A DNA stretch of 64,000 nt from Proteromonas lacertae (taxonomy: Eukaryota). The stretch lies in the NCBI GenBank assembly GCA_002245135.1, contig NGBS01000010.1:1-64000 (forward strand). Reading direction: 5' to 3'. The translations under genes were made by a program, and so were the position numbers. Shown piece after piece: positions 61,601 through 64,000 of this stretch. Numbering within the stretch: position 1 is the first letter of the stretch; every line of letters begins with the position of its first letter. Under the pieces are notes generated by a model. The model was not told where the DNA came from and did no database searches. It saw only the letters and a list, made by a program, of their open reading frames with translations.

Positions 61601-64000
61601 ATTATTAGTTGGATTTAAAGATTCATAGTTTGCTGTACATATTAATGGAGTATACCATGCACTTAATAGCTTATTACCGATAGTACTCATATCAATTGGA
61701 TTTTTAATCACATCATAATAACCTTTAATACCTTCCACTGGTTCTAAGAAGGATATACTATCTGGATGAGTCATTAATTGTATTAATGAGATATAACACT
61801 GATAGAGTGGATCATCATCAGGTAAATAAGGATCATTCTCTAATAAAGGATCATATTTCCATAAATCATTACTGGTTGTGGAGAAATCAATTTCTGGATG
61901 TTCTTTTTGATATTCTAATTGTCTATTATGTATAATCATTCTTCTGAATAATTCACTCCAATTTGAACTGTTCAATATATTGCTGTTGTTTTCTGCTAAT
62001 TCTCTATCTATCCACCATGTTAAGGATGATAATCTTTCAGTTAATGGAATATTTATTGCTTTATTCATTTCAGTGATGAAGTATTTGGTTAAATCGCATA
62101 AGACTACTGATTCAGAATATCCATTCTCAGTTGTTCCACCAAATAACAATCTCTTAGTAAATTTTATATTTCGAATTTTGTAAAAATAATCAAAATGAGT
62201 TGATAATTCCCATAATCCATAAATAGGTCCAATATTCAAATTCATTGGATTATTAATACTCAATGGTTCAGGTTTATGAGATAATTCAACTGGAAACATT
62301 CTCTTTTCTTCAATCTCTTTCTCTATTGCTGTATCTTCAGTTAATGTATAACTATAATTCAACAATGATTCATAGAAATCTTCATCACTTTGATCAGCAT
62401 TCTTTGGTTTTGATAATAAATATTGATAGAACTGAGATATACTATATTGTACTCTTCGATTCTATAATAATAATAAATTAATATAAATACTTTCTTTCTT
62501 TCTAAATCAGATAATAAGTCAATTATATCATCACTATGATCTAATATATACTGTTGAGATATAGGAATTGGTCCTTTAGTAGAATGTTCCCAAATAGCAT
62601 CACAAATAACAGCAAAAGTAGTCTTTTTAAAACTCAATATAAACTCTCTAGTAATTCTTTCGCTTAGTCTTAAACATTCAAATAATGACAATGAAGATTG
62701 AAAGTATGTTTCATAATATGGAGCTGGTTTTAAATCTTGATATGGGCAAGATATCATATACCAAGCTTTATTTGATGAAACATAAATAGCTGGATTTAAA
62801 TTACTTATAACAATATGCCAACCAGTAATTGGATAGATTTTTACACGAATCATTTCACGATCTGGAAGTTCATCTATTTCTACTCTTCTATCAATTTCAG
62901 GTTGAGTATTTTCTTCTTCTTTTTCATTATGATTTGTTGGAGAATCTTGTGAATTAGATCCTGGTGTTGCAGAGGAAGATTTGCCTTTGATTATAACACG
63001 ATCATCATCATCTTCTTCTTCATAAGTTATTTTCTTTTCTTTCTTTATTCTGGCTGTCCATTCTTGTCTTATTAACAAAGCGACTTGTGTAACAAGTGAA
63101 TGTGGATCTTTCTTTCCTAATGATGCTATATATTTAGCAATTCCTGTATTTCTCATTCCTTTCTTACTCAGTGGTTTATCTCTTAATATTTCTAAATAAT
63201 ACAAAGTTTCATCTCTATTACCATTATCAATAGCATGTTGGATTTTCTCTCTATAAATAATATATAATTCATATATATATACTTCAATTCAATACATTCT
63301 TTTTCTAACTCTTCACCATCAAGCCATTTTCCTACAGACACTTCCTTCAATTTAACACATTGATCTTTTGATGTTGATCTTATATACCAATGTTTTATTT
63401 CTTCATTTGTATACATACTTCCATTACTTATTATTCCTTTCACTTTGTAAACTCCTGTGTCTGTTTCAATTAATCTCACTTTATGACCTGATAAATCACT
63501 TTCTAATTCTTTGGATGTACTTGCTCTTGTTCTTATTCTTCTCTTTCCCATTCCTTCATCATCACTATCATCTGAATCAATTCCATCATATTGAGGAATA
63601 TGAATTGAATTATCATTATTGATTATACTCAATGGAGGTGGTAAAGTAGTATATGTTGATGGTTTATAATATTTTATATAAACATCATTATTATCTCCTT
63701 CTTCTTCCATTAGCGTATCATTACTACCATCAAATTGTGGAGTATTAACTCTCTTTTACAAAAGAAATTAAGAAACATAAAAACACTTTTACATCAAATA
63801 AAAAAGATATTTCTCTAACAGACCTAAACACATACTTCTTACATTGTAATACACCAGGTAATGCTTCAATCAATGATGCAACTTGAGGATTCGCAAATCC
63901 ATACATCTCTGGTCCACTTATTGCTGTTCCTTTAGCTTCCATTCCTAATTCCATCTTCCTCTTCTTATACGCTAATAATATATCTTTCCATACACCTGAT
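58629..64000 (-). CDS. Large chromatin protein: FYRC, RFTS/RFD-like, DDT-like, split bromodomain, WHIM/WSD, BRWD-like and ARID regions (5' end outside window)
   Basis: SGPEMYGFANPQVASLIEALP; KPAPYYETYF; FLEPV...YYDVIKNPIDMSTI...FASDVRLIWQNCRQFN; LIESLDVRGRRE; WSVGIPFQMFF; EVDICHLFIEV...RQWTAVS...LKQLYEKYL. Confidence 0.75.

Noticed and set aside
1..64000. Blastocystis-type stop codons created by polyadenylation
   Set aside because: The gene ends I traced have genomic stop codons and I saw no clear TGTTTGTT motif at them; needs transcript data

Overview
Very AT-rich (roughly 22-25% GC by eye), gene-dense eukaryotic DNA with many ~28-35 nt GT-AG introns. Intron size and gene content suggest a Blastocystis/Proteromonas-like stramenopile, but this is inference. 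About 18 host genes are recognisable: ARM/importin-alpha-like, KDSR-like SDR, DUF4062-NACHT-like NTPase, GT41-like, Frizzled-CRD/multi-TM, ERCC6L2-like SNF2, FANCI, bHLH-PAS, Crinkler-type NTPase, TPR array, Cys/His zinc-finger proteins, WW, pseudokinase-LRR, Tex/SRBD1, CDF, SulP-STAS-cNMP, SIRT2, BTB and a large chromatin reader. The standout is an ~8.2 kb, markedly more GC-rich (~40% by eye), intron-free insertion at ~29817-38001. It has ~400 bp terminal inverted repeats, each starting with a ~200 nt imperfect hairpin. Inside are an array of structured repeats, a five-copy ~28 bp motif, a split zinc-finger gene, decayed ORFs and one intact 819-aa fibre-like coiled-coil ORF. I could not recognise a transposase, integrase, polymerase or Rep. 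The insertion lies ~70 bp upstream of a TPR gene built from 142-bp exon+intron tandem units with variable residues. Boundaries of multi-exon genes were read by hand and are approximate.
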